Positions 13,665-26,000 of a DNA stretch of 64,000 bases are shown here, one piece after another. Numbering within the stretch: position 1 is the first letter of the stretch; each line of letters begins with the position of its first letter. Under the pieces are notes generated by a model. It ran no database searches. It worked only from the letters and a program-made list of their open reading frames with translations, and was not told where the DNA came from. Made by a program: the position numbers and the translations under genes. This stretch comes from Eledone cirrhosa (taxonomy: Eukaryota), in contig OZ024740.1 of NCBI GenBank assembly GCA_964016885.1, positions 247,380,001-247,444,000 on the forward strand, in the 5' to 3' direction.

Positions 13665-14245
13665 TGTCCTATAACATATTCCTCGAATAACGGTTACATT
13701 TTTTTACACAATTTTTTTTACACATACTTCCTTATAATCTACAATGTATTAATTTAGTTTTCTCAGCATATATTAAGCCTTTGACCTTTTTTCTATAGCC
13801 TTAAATTTTCGTTCAAACCTTTGTAGATTTTGTAAACAAATTATGACGTCATATGTTTTTCTACGTTTATAAATCATTCTAGCAATTTCCTTTATTTACT
13901 TGTTGATATAAAATAATAATTAAATAGTATACCCCACATATATAGATTTTTAATAGAAATTTTTAATTTTGACATAGGTAGACTATTTTTCTTTTTTTAT
14001 TTTATTTTATAAAAATCTTTTTTATACTTATTTTAATTTAATTTAATTTTATTTTATTAATACATTTTTACACTACTTAATCCAATTTTTAGTATTTAAA
14101 CCCAATATAAAATAATATACCCAGTTTCTATATATTAGACCTCTTATATTTGAATACCATCTATAATATTCGCACATACACCTCATCAATTTACTTTTTC
14201 ACCGTTATTTACAGCTTGTTTCATTTTGACAGCGTTGCTGATCAA

Positions 14246-14248
<3 letters not shown>

Positions 14249-14304
<56 letters not shown>

Positions 14305-14310
14305 TCTCTC

Positions 14311-14348
<38 letters not shown>
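14249..14348. repeat. (CT)n microsatellite in PLE 3' region
   Basis: Direct reading. Confidence 0.95.
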
Positions 14349-14352
<4 letters not shown>

Positions 14353-14510
14353 TTCTTTCTTTTTTCCTCTCTTCTCTTTCTTTTTCCTTTTTCTCCTTCT
14401 TTCCTTTTCTTCTATTTTCCTATCTTTTTCTTACTCTTATATTTCTGTCATATGTAGACTTTGCACTTTCCTGTTGACAAGTGATTTTAGGCCTCATATC
14501 ATGTCACCTT

Positions 14511-14578
14511 ATTTTATCTGATGAGGACACAATTTCTGTCCCAGGATGATGTTGTTTTCGAAATACGCATAATAAAAT
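14511..14578 (+). ncRNA. Type I hammerhead ribozyme in PLE pseudo-LTR
   Basis: ATTTTAT-CTGATGA-GGAC...TTTC-GAAA-TACGCA-TA-ATAAAAT. Confidence 0.82.
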
Positions 14579-14703
14579 ATATGGAACTTTTTTAACCATC
14601 TTTTAATTTCTTCTTTAATATATACTCCAGTTCTACCAACTGTTGAGTGCTACTTATCTGATATATGCACAGTTTTATTGTTCTACAATATTGCTCACCT
14701 ACT

Positions 14704-14771
<68 letters not shown>

Positions 14772-14808
14772 AGTAAGAATAGTTTTCGAAACAGCGAGCG
14801 AGTTTGAA

Positions 14809-15000
14809 ATTAGAAATATAAGCCATCGCCGTATTTTGACGAAAGAAGTTAAAGAAATTATTTAGTCTGGAAAAAGATTAGTATTGACGTACATGTACGT
14901 CAATACTCATCTTTTTCCATTTCTCCGAGGGTTCTTAACCCCACTATCAGGCTAAATAATTTCTTTAATTTTTTTAGTCAAAATACGGCGATAGCTTATA

Positions 15001-15008
<8 letters not shown>
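14809..15008. mobile_element. Palindromic MITE-like element
   Basis: ~58-bp inverted arms plus internal near-perfect hairpin TGGAAAAAGATTAGTATTGACGTACATGTACGTCAATACTCATCTTTTTCCA; lies between (TA)n tracts. Confidence 0.75.
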
Positions 15009-15055
<47 letters not shown>

Positions 15056-15434
15056 TACAATTTGTATTACACACACATAAACATCACGTACCAACAATTC
15101 TTCTTTAGCATTATGTCTTATTTTAACGATTACTTGTAGTTTTTATCAAACATATTTTCTTTCCCATGAATACCGATAAGACAAATACAACTTTATCAAT
15201 CCGAATAAGAAGGATGTATGTTGATAGTTAAACAAACATTGATAGATGCGTAGTTTTTCTCTGACGTTTCGTACATGGAAACGAAATATTTCCTAAGTAG
15301 GGGTCATAAAGGTTACCTTTGCAGGTATTTAAGGAAATCATATTGTTTTGTTTCATATTATATTATTATGTCTCCTCTTTTTTATCTTTTTCTACTGATA
15401 TTTTCCCTCAAAATATATTATAAATTATATATAT

Positions 15435-16392
15435 TATTATATTTTGGAAGTGTCATGTTGCCAAGAAAAACACACGCACATGTTTGTTTTCACTTCAATG
15501 TATTAAAGTTTCCGGTTGGTTGGTGTAATAAATGGATGGTTGTTTATTGCCAAAGCTCTTTCATCACACATTATGTGACCTCAGTGACTAATTTGTTATT
15601 TTGTGTCTCTCCTTTCTGTATCCTTCACCATCTTGTTTTTGTGTGTTATAAGTTGAAGTGGAAACCAACATGTACGTGTGTTTTTATTGCCAGTCTGACC
15701 CCCCCCCCCCCAAGTATAACAGCATCTGTTTCAACACACATTCTCAGATATCAAAGACAAAAACGAAGTGTGTGTGTGTATATATATATATTGTTATGCT
15801 TTGGGAGGGTCATGTTGCCAATAAGAAACACACGCATCAGTTGCTTTCACATCAATTTATTATAAATGAAATTTATAAATTTAGGAATTTATGAATTTCC
15901 GGTTGGTTGGTTAGTTGGTTCCACAACCAGACGATTGTTCATATATTGTCAAAGTTCTTTCGTCACACATTCTGTGACCTCTTCAGTGACTGGGGATTCT
16001 TTTCTTTGTTTTTTTTGCCTCTCCTTTGTTCTGTCCTACGCCATCTTGTTTTTGTGTGTTGTGTGCTTAGTTTGCGCATGTGTTACATCCGGGTGTCTGT
16101 GTGTGCTTATATTTGTTTATTTATTTGTTTATTTACATGTTACTGGTTGGTTGTTTGTTCTATGTGTGTGTGTGTGTGTTTTCATTTTGTCCTTAATTGT
16201 AAGTTGTGATGTTGCTGTTCCATTCATGTTTTCTATTTAATTTTGGTTGGAGTTCATTTATGTTTGAAATTGGAGTGAAACAACTGGTGCGTGTGTTTCT
16301 TATTGGCAACATTACCCTTCCAGAGCATGACAATATCGGTTTCAACACACGTTTTCAGATAAAGAATCTTGCTAAACAAATTCAGAAACGAA
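15435..16392. mobile_element. Two adjacent diverged members of the GGAGGGTCAT foldback family with degenerate minimal HHR motifs on - (15715-15750, ~16325-16362)
   Basis: Termini match 11206-12172. Minus strand TAT-CTGAGAA-TGTGTGTT-GAAA-CAGATGCTG-TT-ATA. Confidence 0.6.
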
Positions 16393-16413
16393 ATATATAT
16401 ATATATATATATA

Positions 16414-17665
16414 GCTCCACAACAATTAGTTCACCATACCGAGAACAATTGTTTCACCTTATTCAGATCCTCAGCTCGGTCTAAATGATGTTGTACGGAA
16501 AAGGATAAACAACCGTACAAATTCGCATGTGCAGAAACAGTCACTTCTCCTGTAGGAGGTAAACCCACAATAGAACAATGTGGGGAGATAACTATGGATG
16601 CCGAGAATAAATTATTCATGTTATTCAGAATATTATAGATTGTTGATGTTAGTCAATCTGGAGCTTTGTAATTATATAATAGGTGTTTCCAGATGTGTGG
16701 ACAACGTGAGAAAAGTTCATTCTTTGAATTTAGGCAATCGCTATTACGTAATTTTTAGGTTATTGATCATTTCTTCAATGCACAGCCCACAAAACGGATG
16801 CCCCCCCTGCGTATGGCTTATAGTTAGTAATAACTTTCCATTCGATGGAGTAATATACGTCTGTTTCCTTGAGGGACCATACGTCGCTCGCGAGTTTCGT
16901 AGTCGATCGTTTCTTCGGGTATCTAACGGTCGACTGATGGTTCAGAAAACCTTCCTTAAACCGGCACTCCTCATACCTACATAGGATTTAACCTGTTGTT
17001 GATTTGGTCGGTTAGAAGTGGCCACAGCTTCGTAAATTACAGCGGGCGTGTTGCATTGTTGTCGGCAAGAGCATCCTGGTGGGGTGCTGCTCTTAGTGCT
17101 GTTAGTGATGTGGGCCTTCATATTCTTAACGCAGGAGTATCCTAGTTTCACCCTGTGTCTGTTAAAGATGGTGCGGTATTTGATTACCTATGGGGCAGTG
17201 TCTAAGAATGTTTTACCTACATTAGTTTTAACGTTGAGTGAGAAGTGGGGAGAACCAAATACTAAATGAAAAATTTAATTACATACACAAGGACTCATGC
17301 CACCCTCCTACAATTTTTAATACCTTCGTGAATAATATCGGTACTAAAATCTCTAGCCTCTCCTCTAATAAAGCAATCTTTGACAGAGCAGCACACTACT
17401 ACAACGCGGCGTTAGCTAACAGCGGCTTCTCACGACCAATTACTTACTCCCCTGCTAACACCGACAGCAATAGGAAAAGTAATCGTGCTCATAGAAAATA
17501 CATTTTTGTTCTCTCCTCCCCTTCTCACTCAACGTTAAAACTAATGCAGGAAAACACTTTTTTAGCTCTCTTAGATGGACACTTCCTCATAGGTCGCAAA
17601 TACCGGCTTGTGGGCTGTGCATTGAAGAAAGGATCAATATCCTGAGAAGTTACGTAATAGCGATT
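16414..17665 (-). mobile_element. Truncated Penelope-like element with 5' inversion (17265-17605 on +); same family as 2062-4290
   Basis: GIY-YIG region GCSCRQQCNTPAVIYEA..KSYVG on minus; YIHKDSCHPP..AALANSGF on plus. Confidence 0.85.
16438..16480 (-). ncRNA. Minimal type I hammerhead ribozyme, intact core
   Basis: ACCGAG-CTGAGGA-TCTGAATAAGGT-GAAA-CAATTG-TT-CTCGGT. Confidence 0.87.
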
Positions 17666-19535
17666 GGGATGAGATGAAATGAGGGATAGTAAAGTGGGAT
17701 AAGATGAACTAAAGAGATAAAATAAAAAAAACAAAAAAAAAACAGAAAGATAATGATAACAGATACGTAATTATGATTAGGGGTATTTTGAAAAGTGTAA
17801 TCTTAATGGGTAGAGGCCAAGATTGGGGGTGATGTTGGCTATAGAGGTTGATTGATGTTGTATGTGAGGGAAGGAATTTGAAGGGGTGTGTTTATGAAGA
17901 AGGAATACTTTATCGCTGAGGGAGTGTCGGTTGTTTTTACGTCCGATTGTTCAGAAATTTATTATTTTGCTTTCTTGGTTGGTGGTGTAACTTATGAAGT
18001 GGAGCAGAAAGCTTTCGCTCGTACTGTAGACGTTATAAATCCAGGGGGTCGTGTTGTTTATATGGATAGTGAGGTTGCTGGATCGAATCCTGTTTATCTC
18101 GCTTTGTAATTCGAAAAAGTACTAGCGGCTTTGTGTCTACAGAAAATTGTACACTCGAATTTTCTGTTTAGTAGCGTCGTATTATACTGCAGAATATGGA
18201 GTAATTCCATATTCCATAATCCGCATTCGTGAAGGCTTTGGCATTCGAAAATTTCGACCAGCTAATTTCATATCCTTGATTATTGTCTTTAAGTTGCCAG
18301 ATATTATTGGCCAGCTTTGTTGTGTTACTGAGCCTCCGGTTCTTTATGGAGTTCCAATGCACATATCATCGTTTTTTGAAGTAATCAGCCGTAGAACCTA
18401 TGTAATACCACACCTGATTACCAGACTCAATAGTGCACAGGTATACCATACTGAACTCTAGGCATCTATTCTGTTGTGGGCATTTATCCGGCAGGTGGCA
18501 GTTACATTTGGAGGCTTTCCTATGTGTTGATTCCTCGTTATAGTTCGATTTGAGGTTTGAGATAGGCTGGGATGCTGGTCTGTTGGTGTTTTGTTGTGAC
18601 ATAGATTTAGGGACAGCCGGTTGTGATGCTGTTATGTGGTTGTGTTTTTGTATTTGATGTTGTGGTGTTGCTTTGTGGACTACAGATTTTAGAGATTCTC
18701 CTGGGGTTAAGTTTTTTGTGTGATTCAATGTTCGCTGCAGTAGAGTAAGAGAGCTTAATAGTTTTTATATTGAAGATTCTATGGTGTACACCATTCTATT
18801 CTTCGGACGCAAGAATAACCGACACTCCCTCAACGATAAGCACACCCCTTCAAATGCCTTCCCTCAAATACAGAACCAATCACCCTCTATAGCCAACATC
18901 ACCCCCAATCTTCACCTCTCCCCATTAAGATTACACTTTTCAAAATACCCCCAATCCTAATTTCCCATGTGTTATCACTATCTTTCTGTTTTTATATTTT
19001 TTGTTTTATCTCTTTATTTCATCTTATCCCACTTTATTACACTGTTACCATTATCATTTCGTTTCATCTCATCCCATTTTATTACACTGTCCAATTACCA
19101 ATGTAACTGAATCCTCACTTCCATCTTTACTTTCAACTCAACCGGTATTTTTTTGTATTTTTTAAATTATTGTTACTAATTATCTCTATTATTTTCTTAC
19201 TTTTTATTATTTTAATTATCTATCTTTTCATACCACTTTTTTCATGTTATTATTATTACTATGTTTTCACGCCATTATCCTAATATCCACCTCTTCACTA
19301 TACTTTCATTCTTATTATTATTCTTGCTATTTTAAATGTATCTATAAATACTAGCTCACTGTATCATACACACAGAATCCGTATTTTGAAAATTTGGTCG
19401 GGTGTCAATTGTAATTAAAATCGAGTACCGCGACATACTGCGAATAGCGGTTTTTAGACATACCGGACTAATGAAACATTTGTTAATAATCAAATAAACC
19501 CTATTGTACATCCGATCAGTGTAATTCTTCACTCA
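17665..19535. mobile_element. Truncated PLE: GIY-YIG on minus (~18080-18790), 3' region duplicated in inverted orientation (17665-17935 / 18815-19080)
   Basis: CNCHLPDKCP..RCL..VYLCTI..YYIGSTADYFKKR; TKLANNIWQLKD. HHR at 19382-19488. Confidence 0.85.
19382..19488 (+). ncRNA. Type I hammerhead ribozyme, U3-A8 core variant
   Basis: TATT-TTGAAAA-TTTGGTCGGGTGTC...GACATACCGGACTAAT-GAAA-CATTTG-TT-AATA. Confidence 0.7.
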
Positions 19536-19541
19536 TTTATG

Positions 19542-19697
<156 letters not shown>

Positions 19698-19943
19698 CCA
19701 GTGATTCTCAACCAATGTGCCGCGAGTTCTTCCTTAGGGCACACTAAGAAAATGCGAAAAGTCCACGTGATCCAAATTGAGTATTCACAGTCTGTGGTGC
19801 AACATGTTGCACCACATAGCTTTGTTCATTTAGGGATGAGCGAAATGTTTCCAAATGTCGCAATGCTAAAAATTCTATATTTTTTATTGTTTCGTTCGTC
19901 ATTAGTATTGATCATATGAATGGATATTGATCAATACTTGTCT

Positions 19944-21040
19944 TAAGGTGGGACACACCGGAAGAAAAAGAAATTATTATATCATGCATCTTTTTTTTCA
20001 CTTTATGGTAGAATCTAACTCTAAAACTGAGACAAATGATATATTTCTTTTTCATCTAGTCCTAATTTTGGCTGAGATATGACCAAAAATGGTTGAAAAA
20101 TAGCGTAATTTTCAGAGTTGTTTTGAGAAAATCCAAATAAGCTATGAAGATGAGTTTTACATTTTTAGAATCAGAAAACCAGTCATTGTATGGTAACGGA
20201 ATCCTTTTTCTGATTTTTTGAAAAAATCTTTTTATTGTCATTAGTGTGCTGGACAATAAAAAAAATGAAAAAAATCGCATTTTTTAAAAATAAAAGTGAC
20301 TATAACATTTCTTCAAGGCAGAATTTTTAAAATTCTTCTCTCACGATGAAGGAAGGTCTCATCAAAATTTCAAGGAAATCTATCTAGTAGATTTTCTGGA
20401 AGGAGCCTTGAAAATTTGAGAAGTTCCCATTTTGAGAAAATTGCTTGTAAAGATTAGAAACACAAATGGCAGCTTCTACCTCTGTTTCGGAATAATCTAT
20501 GGATGATTCCGATGGTTTAGCTCAGAATTCTCTGGTTCATGCTACTTAATGAGTCCATGTTAGCTTCCCTTTACATATATTTTGTCTTTCTTCATCTCTA
20601 TATGGCATAATTTCCTAATTTTCTGGTGGATTATCCCATCGGAAGAGTGAGTTTGGCCGCCATGTTTACATTGTGATGGGGGAAGGAGTGGTCCGTGATG
20701 TGCTGGACCAATCAGCGGGTGCCATTCACCGAGTGTATCCGAAAAGGAGGCTCGATGTGCATTTGCTTGTTCAATATGGGTCGATTTTCTGGATTTTTAC
20801 ACCGGAGAGTTCCAGTGTTTCATCATTTTATGCAAATGAGGGTATAGTAGAAGTCTGTAGCTGTCTACTGGTGTGTGGAACATAGCAAATATGGCGGATT
20901 TACGATGTGTTATCAGTGCTCAAAACATTGACTATTTTTGTGCGTAATACATCGAAAATTTATGATTTCCAGAAATTGTACGTAGGAAGACATATTTTTA
21001 TTGTTTTGCTGTGTTTTTAATCGAAAGACTGTGGGACTGA
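19944..21040. mobile_element. Possible nested TTAA-target DNA transposon fragment (Kolobok-like)
   Basis: Begins TTAA-GGTGGGAC; internal YY1-like (CGCCATGTT, AATATGGCG) and CCAAT motifs. Right end not found. Confidence 0.3.
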
Positions 21041-21110
21041 AAGACACTGTCATCTCAATATAGACAATCCTACCCAAAACTGTCATATTGATAATTCATG
21101 ACCATTCACA

Positions 21111-22934
21111 ATGGAAAATTATTTGAAAAGGAAAGATATTAGTGACGAGTCTAAGTCCAGAGGCGAACCACCATCAACCTCTATTGTCAAAAAGAGAAAC
21201 ATTAATCGACAATATTGTGAAACTTATTTGAAATTTGGATCTTATTGGTCTGGTGACGTTGACAAACTAAGTCCATCATGCGTAGTGTGCGGTGAAACAA
21301 TGTCAAATGAATCCATGGTTCCAAATAAGGTAGAAAGACATTTTAATTCAAAACATTCATCTCTGAAAGATAAAAGGCTTGATTACTTTCAAAGACTGTT
21401 AGAGCAGAAATCAAAACAGCGAAGTTATTTTTTGAAAAAATAATGACCGTGTCTGGACGAGTCCAACTAGCGTCAATTCAGGTGGCTGAAATACTAGCAT
21501 TAAAATCTAAATCCCACACGCTTGCTGAGTCAGTCATCATCCCAGCTTGCAAAAAGATGGTAAAATCCATGTTTGGTGAAAAGGCTGAGAAGGAATTGAA
21601 CAATATCCCGCTTTCAAATGATACAATACGTAGAAGAATCCTAGATATATCGATAAATATTGAAGACAATGTTCAGAAAAAGCTTAAGAATTCTAATTTT
21701 GCTTTAACCGTTGTTAAATTCACTGATATCGGTAATAAAAGTCAATTGCTTGCATTTGTACGTTTTATTGACGAGAATGAAATAATCAATCCATTTTTGC
21801 GCTGTAAAGAAATGTCCACAACTACAAGAGGTCAAGATATTTTTGATTTGATAACAGGCTACCTCAAAGAAATGAATTTGCCTTGGAGGTCCTGTGTTGG
21901 CATTTGCACCGATGGAGCCCCATGTATGACAGGCTGTATTAAAGATTTTTATCCCTCGTAGAAAAAGAAAATCTAAATCTCATTCGTACACATTGCTTTC
22001 TACATAGAGAAATTCTTGTTTAAAAAATATGGCAGGAAGATTTAAAGGCTGTGTTACATCAAGTTGTTGGAATGGTCAATTATATAAAAAATAGGCCATT
22101 GAAGTCACGATTATTTGAACAACTGTGCAAAGAGATGGACTCTCAGCATGTTAAGTTATTAATACACACTCAGGTTAGCTGGCTGTCAAAAGGCAAAGTA
22201 CTAAATCGTGTTCACGAACTATCATTTTTTCTCCAGGAAAAGTAGGATAAATTTTGTGAATACCTTAGTTTCGAATTTTAGATGTCTAAAATGGAATACC
22301 TAACAGAAATATTTAGTGAACTAAATAAAACAAACAGTAGTATGCAAGGTAAAAACGAAAATATTCTCACTTCAACAGACAAGTTAGTTGCCCTCAAAAA
22401 GAAAATTGTGATTTGGAAAAAAAAGCGCAATAACTGACAACCTTGATATGTTCCCTATATTGCGTTCTACCTGCATTAGAGAAATGATCCCTATTGTGGT
22501 TACTCATCTGACAGCCCTGGACGAAAGCATCAACAATTACTTTCCGTCATTAAAGGCAGAAAAATATGATTGGATTAGAGATCCTTTCATAAATCATGCT
22601 TCCAGCATTGAACTTGAGTTACAGGAACAAGAAGAATTGGCCACCCTTTCTAGTGACCGAGGGTTAAAATTAAAACATTCGACTCTGCCCATTGATTCCT
22701 TTTGGATTTCAATTCATGAGGAGTATCCCATATTATGTAAAAGAGTTTTAGCAATTTTATTACAATTTTCAACTTCTTATATATGTGTTAGGCTTCTCAA
22801 CATAAAACAACATCAAAAACAAGAGGCGTGAGTGATTACGTACAACGAAAGAAGAAATGAAGGTGTGTCTGCCTCATATTCGACCAAACATTGAGGAAAT
22901 TTTGAATAAAAGCCAGGCACAAATTTCTCACTAA
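21111..22934 (+). pseudogene. ZBED5/ZBED8-like Buster hAT transposase, frameshifted
   Basis: BED finger CVVCGE..SNESMVPNKVERH..KH; IPLSNDTIRRRI; GICTDGAPCMTG; HCFLHRE; SWLSKGKVLNRV; C-terminal dimerisation region FW..EYP.L..LLQFSTSYIC..RPNI. Confidence 0.93.
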
Positions 22935-23024
22935 AGAAGCCAGCTATTTCACTGATGAAATTCGAAACACTGCAATAAAGTAAGTTCATAGCTGTGTTTT
23001 TCTTTATTTAGTTTCAGTCATTCT

Positions 23025-26000
23025 ATGTGTCTATGCCTAGTCTGTGTCTACGGTTGTATGCCGTCTATGACTAGTCTGTGTCTACGGTTGTATGCCGTCT
23101 ATGACTAGTCTGTGTCTACGGTTGTATGCCGTCTATGACTAGTCTGTGTCTACGGTTGTGTGCCGTCTATGACTAGTCTGTGTCTACGGTTGTATGCCGT
23201 CTATGACTAGTCTGTGTCTTCGGTTGTATGCCGTCTATGACTAGTCTGTGTCTACGGTTGTATGCCGTCTATGACTAGTCTGTGTCTACGGTTGTATGCC
23301 GTCTATGCCTAGTCTGTGTCTACGGTTGTATGCCGTCTATGACTAGTCTGTGTCTACTGTTGTATGCCGTCTATGCCTAGTCTGTGTCTACGGTTGTATG
23401 CCGTCTATGACTAGTCTGTGTCTACTGTTGTATGCCGTCTATGCCTAGTCTGTGTCTACGGTTGTATGCCGTCTATGCCTAGTCTGTGTCTACAGTTGTA
23501 TGCCGTCTATAACTAGTCTGTGTCTACGGTTGTATGCCGTCTATGCCTAGTCTGTGTCTACGGTTGTATGCCGTCTATGACTAGTCTGTGTCTACGGTTG
23601 TATATCGTCTATGCCTAGTCTGTGTCTACTGTTGTATGCCGTCTACGACTAGTCTGTGTCTACGGTTGTATGCCGTCTATGACTAGTCTGTGTCTACTGT
23701 TGTGTGCCGTCTATGACTAGTCTGTGTCTACGGTTGTATGCCGTCTATGCCTAGTCTGTGTCTACGGTTGTATGGCGTCTATGACTAGTCTGTGTCTACG
23801 GTTGTATGCCGTCTATGACTAGTCTGTGTCTACGGTTGTATGCCGTCTATGACTAGTCTGTGTCTACAGTTGTATACCGTCTATGACTAGTCTGTGTCTA
23901 CGGTTGTATGCCGTCTATGACTAGTCTGTGTCTACGGTTGTATGCCGTCTATGACTAGTCTGTGTCTACGGTTGTATGCCGTCTATGCCTAGTCTGTGTC
24001 TACGGTTGTATGCCGTCTATGACTAGTCTGTGTCTACGGTTGTATGCCGTCTATGCCTAGTCTGTGTCTACTGTTGTATGCCGTCTATGACTAGTCTGTG
24101 TCTACTGTTGTATGCCGTCTATGACTTGTCTGTGTCTACGGTTGTATGCCGTCTATGCCTAGTCTGTGTCTACTGTTGTATGCCGTCTATGACTAGTCTG
24201 TGTCTACGGTTGTATGCCGTCTATGACTAGTCTGTGTCTACGGTTGTATGCCGTCTATACCTAGTCTGTGTCTACGGTTGTATGCCGTCTATGCCTAGTC
24301 TGTGTCTACGGTTGTATGCCGTCTATGACTTGTCTGTGTCTACGGTTGTATGCCGTCTATGACTAGTCTGTGTCTACTGTTGTATGCCGTCTATGACTAG
24401 TCTGTATCTACGGTTGTGTGCCGTCTATGACTTGTCTGTGTCTACGGTTGTATGCCGTCTATGACTAGTCTGTGTCTACGGTTGTATGCCGTCTATGACT
24501 TGTCTGTGTCTACGGTTGTATGCCGTCTATGACTAGTCTGTGTCTACTGTTGTATGCCGTCTATGACTAGTCTGTGTCTACGGTTGTGTGCCGTCTATGA
24601 CTTGTCTGTGTCTACAGTTGTATGCCGTCTATGACTAGTCTGTGTCTACGGTTGTATGCCGTCTATGACTAGTCTGTGTCTACGGTTGTATGCCGTCTAT
24701 GCCTAGTCTGTGTCTACGGTTGTATGCCGTCTATGCCTAGTCTGTGTCTACGGTTGTATGCCGTCTATGACTTGTCTGTGTCTACGGTTGTATGCCGTCT
24801 ATGACTAGTCTGTGTCTACTGTTGTATGCCGTCTATGACTAGTCTGTGTCTACGGTTGTGTGCCGTCTATGACTAGTCTGTGTCTACTGTTGTATGCCGT
24901 CTATGACTAGTCTGTGTCTACGGTTGTATGCCGTCTATGACTAGTCTGTGTCTACAGTTGTATGCCGTCTATGACTAGTCTGTGTCTACAGTTGTATGCC
25001 GTCTATGACTTGTCTGTGTCTACGGTTGTATGCCGTCTATGACTAGTCTGTGTCTACGGTTGTATGCCGTCTATGACTAGTCTGTGTCTACGGTTGTATG
25101 CCGTCTATGACTAGTCTGTGTCTACAGTTGTATGCCGTCTATGACTTGTCTGTGTCTACGGTTGTATGCCGTCTATGACTAGTCTATGTCTACGGTTGTA
25201 TGCCGTCTATGACTAGTCTGTGTCTACGGTTGTATGCCGTCTATGACTAGTCTGTGTCTACAGTTGTATGCCGTCTATGACTTGTCTGTGTCTACGGTTG
25301 TATGCCGTCTATGACTAGTCTATGTCTACGGTTGTATGCCGTCTATGACTAGTCTGTGTCTACGGTTGTATGCCGTCTATGACTAGTCTGTGTATACGCG
25401 TGTATGCCGTCTATGACTAGTCTGTGTCTACAGTTGTATGCCGTCTATGACTTGTCTGTGTCTACGGTTGTATGCCGTCTATGACTAGTCTGTGTCTACG
25501 GTTGTATGCCGTCTATGACTAGTCTGTGTCTACGGTTGTATGCCGTCTATGACTAGTCTGTGTCTACAGTTGTATGCCGTCTATGACTTGTCTGTGTCTA
25601 CGGTTGTATGCCGTCTATGACTAGTCTATGTCTACGGTTGTATGCCGTCTATGACTAGTCTGTGTCTACGGTTGTATGCCGTCTATGACTAGTCTGTGTC
25701 TACAGTTGTATGCCGTCTATGACTTGTCTGTGTCTACGGTTGTATGCCGTCTATGACTAGTCTATGTCTACGGTTGTATGCCGTCTATGACTAGTCTGTG
25801 TCTACGGTTGTATGCCGTCTATGACTAGTCTGTGTATACGGGTGTATGCCGTCTATGACTAGTCTGTGTCTACGGTTGTATGCCGTCTATGACTAGTCTG
25901 TGTCTACAGTTGTATGCCGTCTACGCCTAGTCTGTGTCTACTGTTGTATGCCGTCTATGACTAGTCTGTGTCTACTGTTGTATGCCGTCTATGACTTGTC

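Larger units (their letters stand above)
12215..14640 (+). mobile_element. 5'-truncated Penelope-like element with inverted pseudo-LTR (12215-12348 vs 14464-14599)
   Basis: RT C-terminal/GIY-YIG ORF flanked by inverted HHR-bearing repeats. Confidence 0.9.
19699..23024 (+). mobile_element. hAT (Buster/Charlie-type) DNA transposon, decayed; right end not seen
   Basis: Left TIR-like CAGTGATTCTCAACC at 19699; transposase relic downstream. Confidence 0.75.

Noticed and set aside
15255-15305. CTGAC-GTTTC..GAAAC-GAAA hammerhead candidate
   Set aside because: Lacks G8/A9 and a convincing stem I.
21111-22934. Domesticated ZBED5/ZBED8-like host gene
   Set aside because: Multiple frameshifts and stops, plus an upstream TIR-like end; a decayed transposon.
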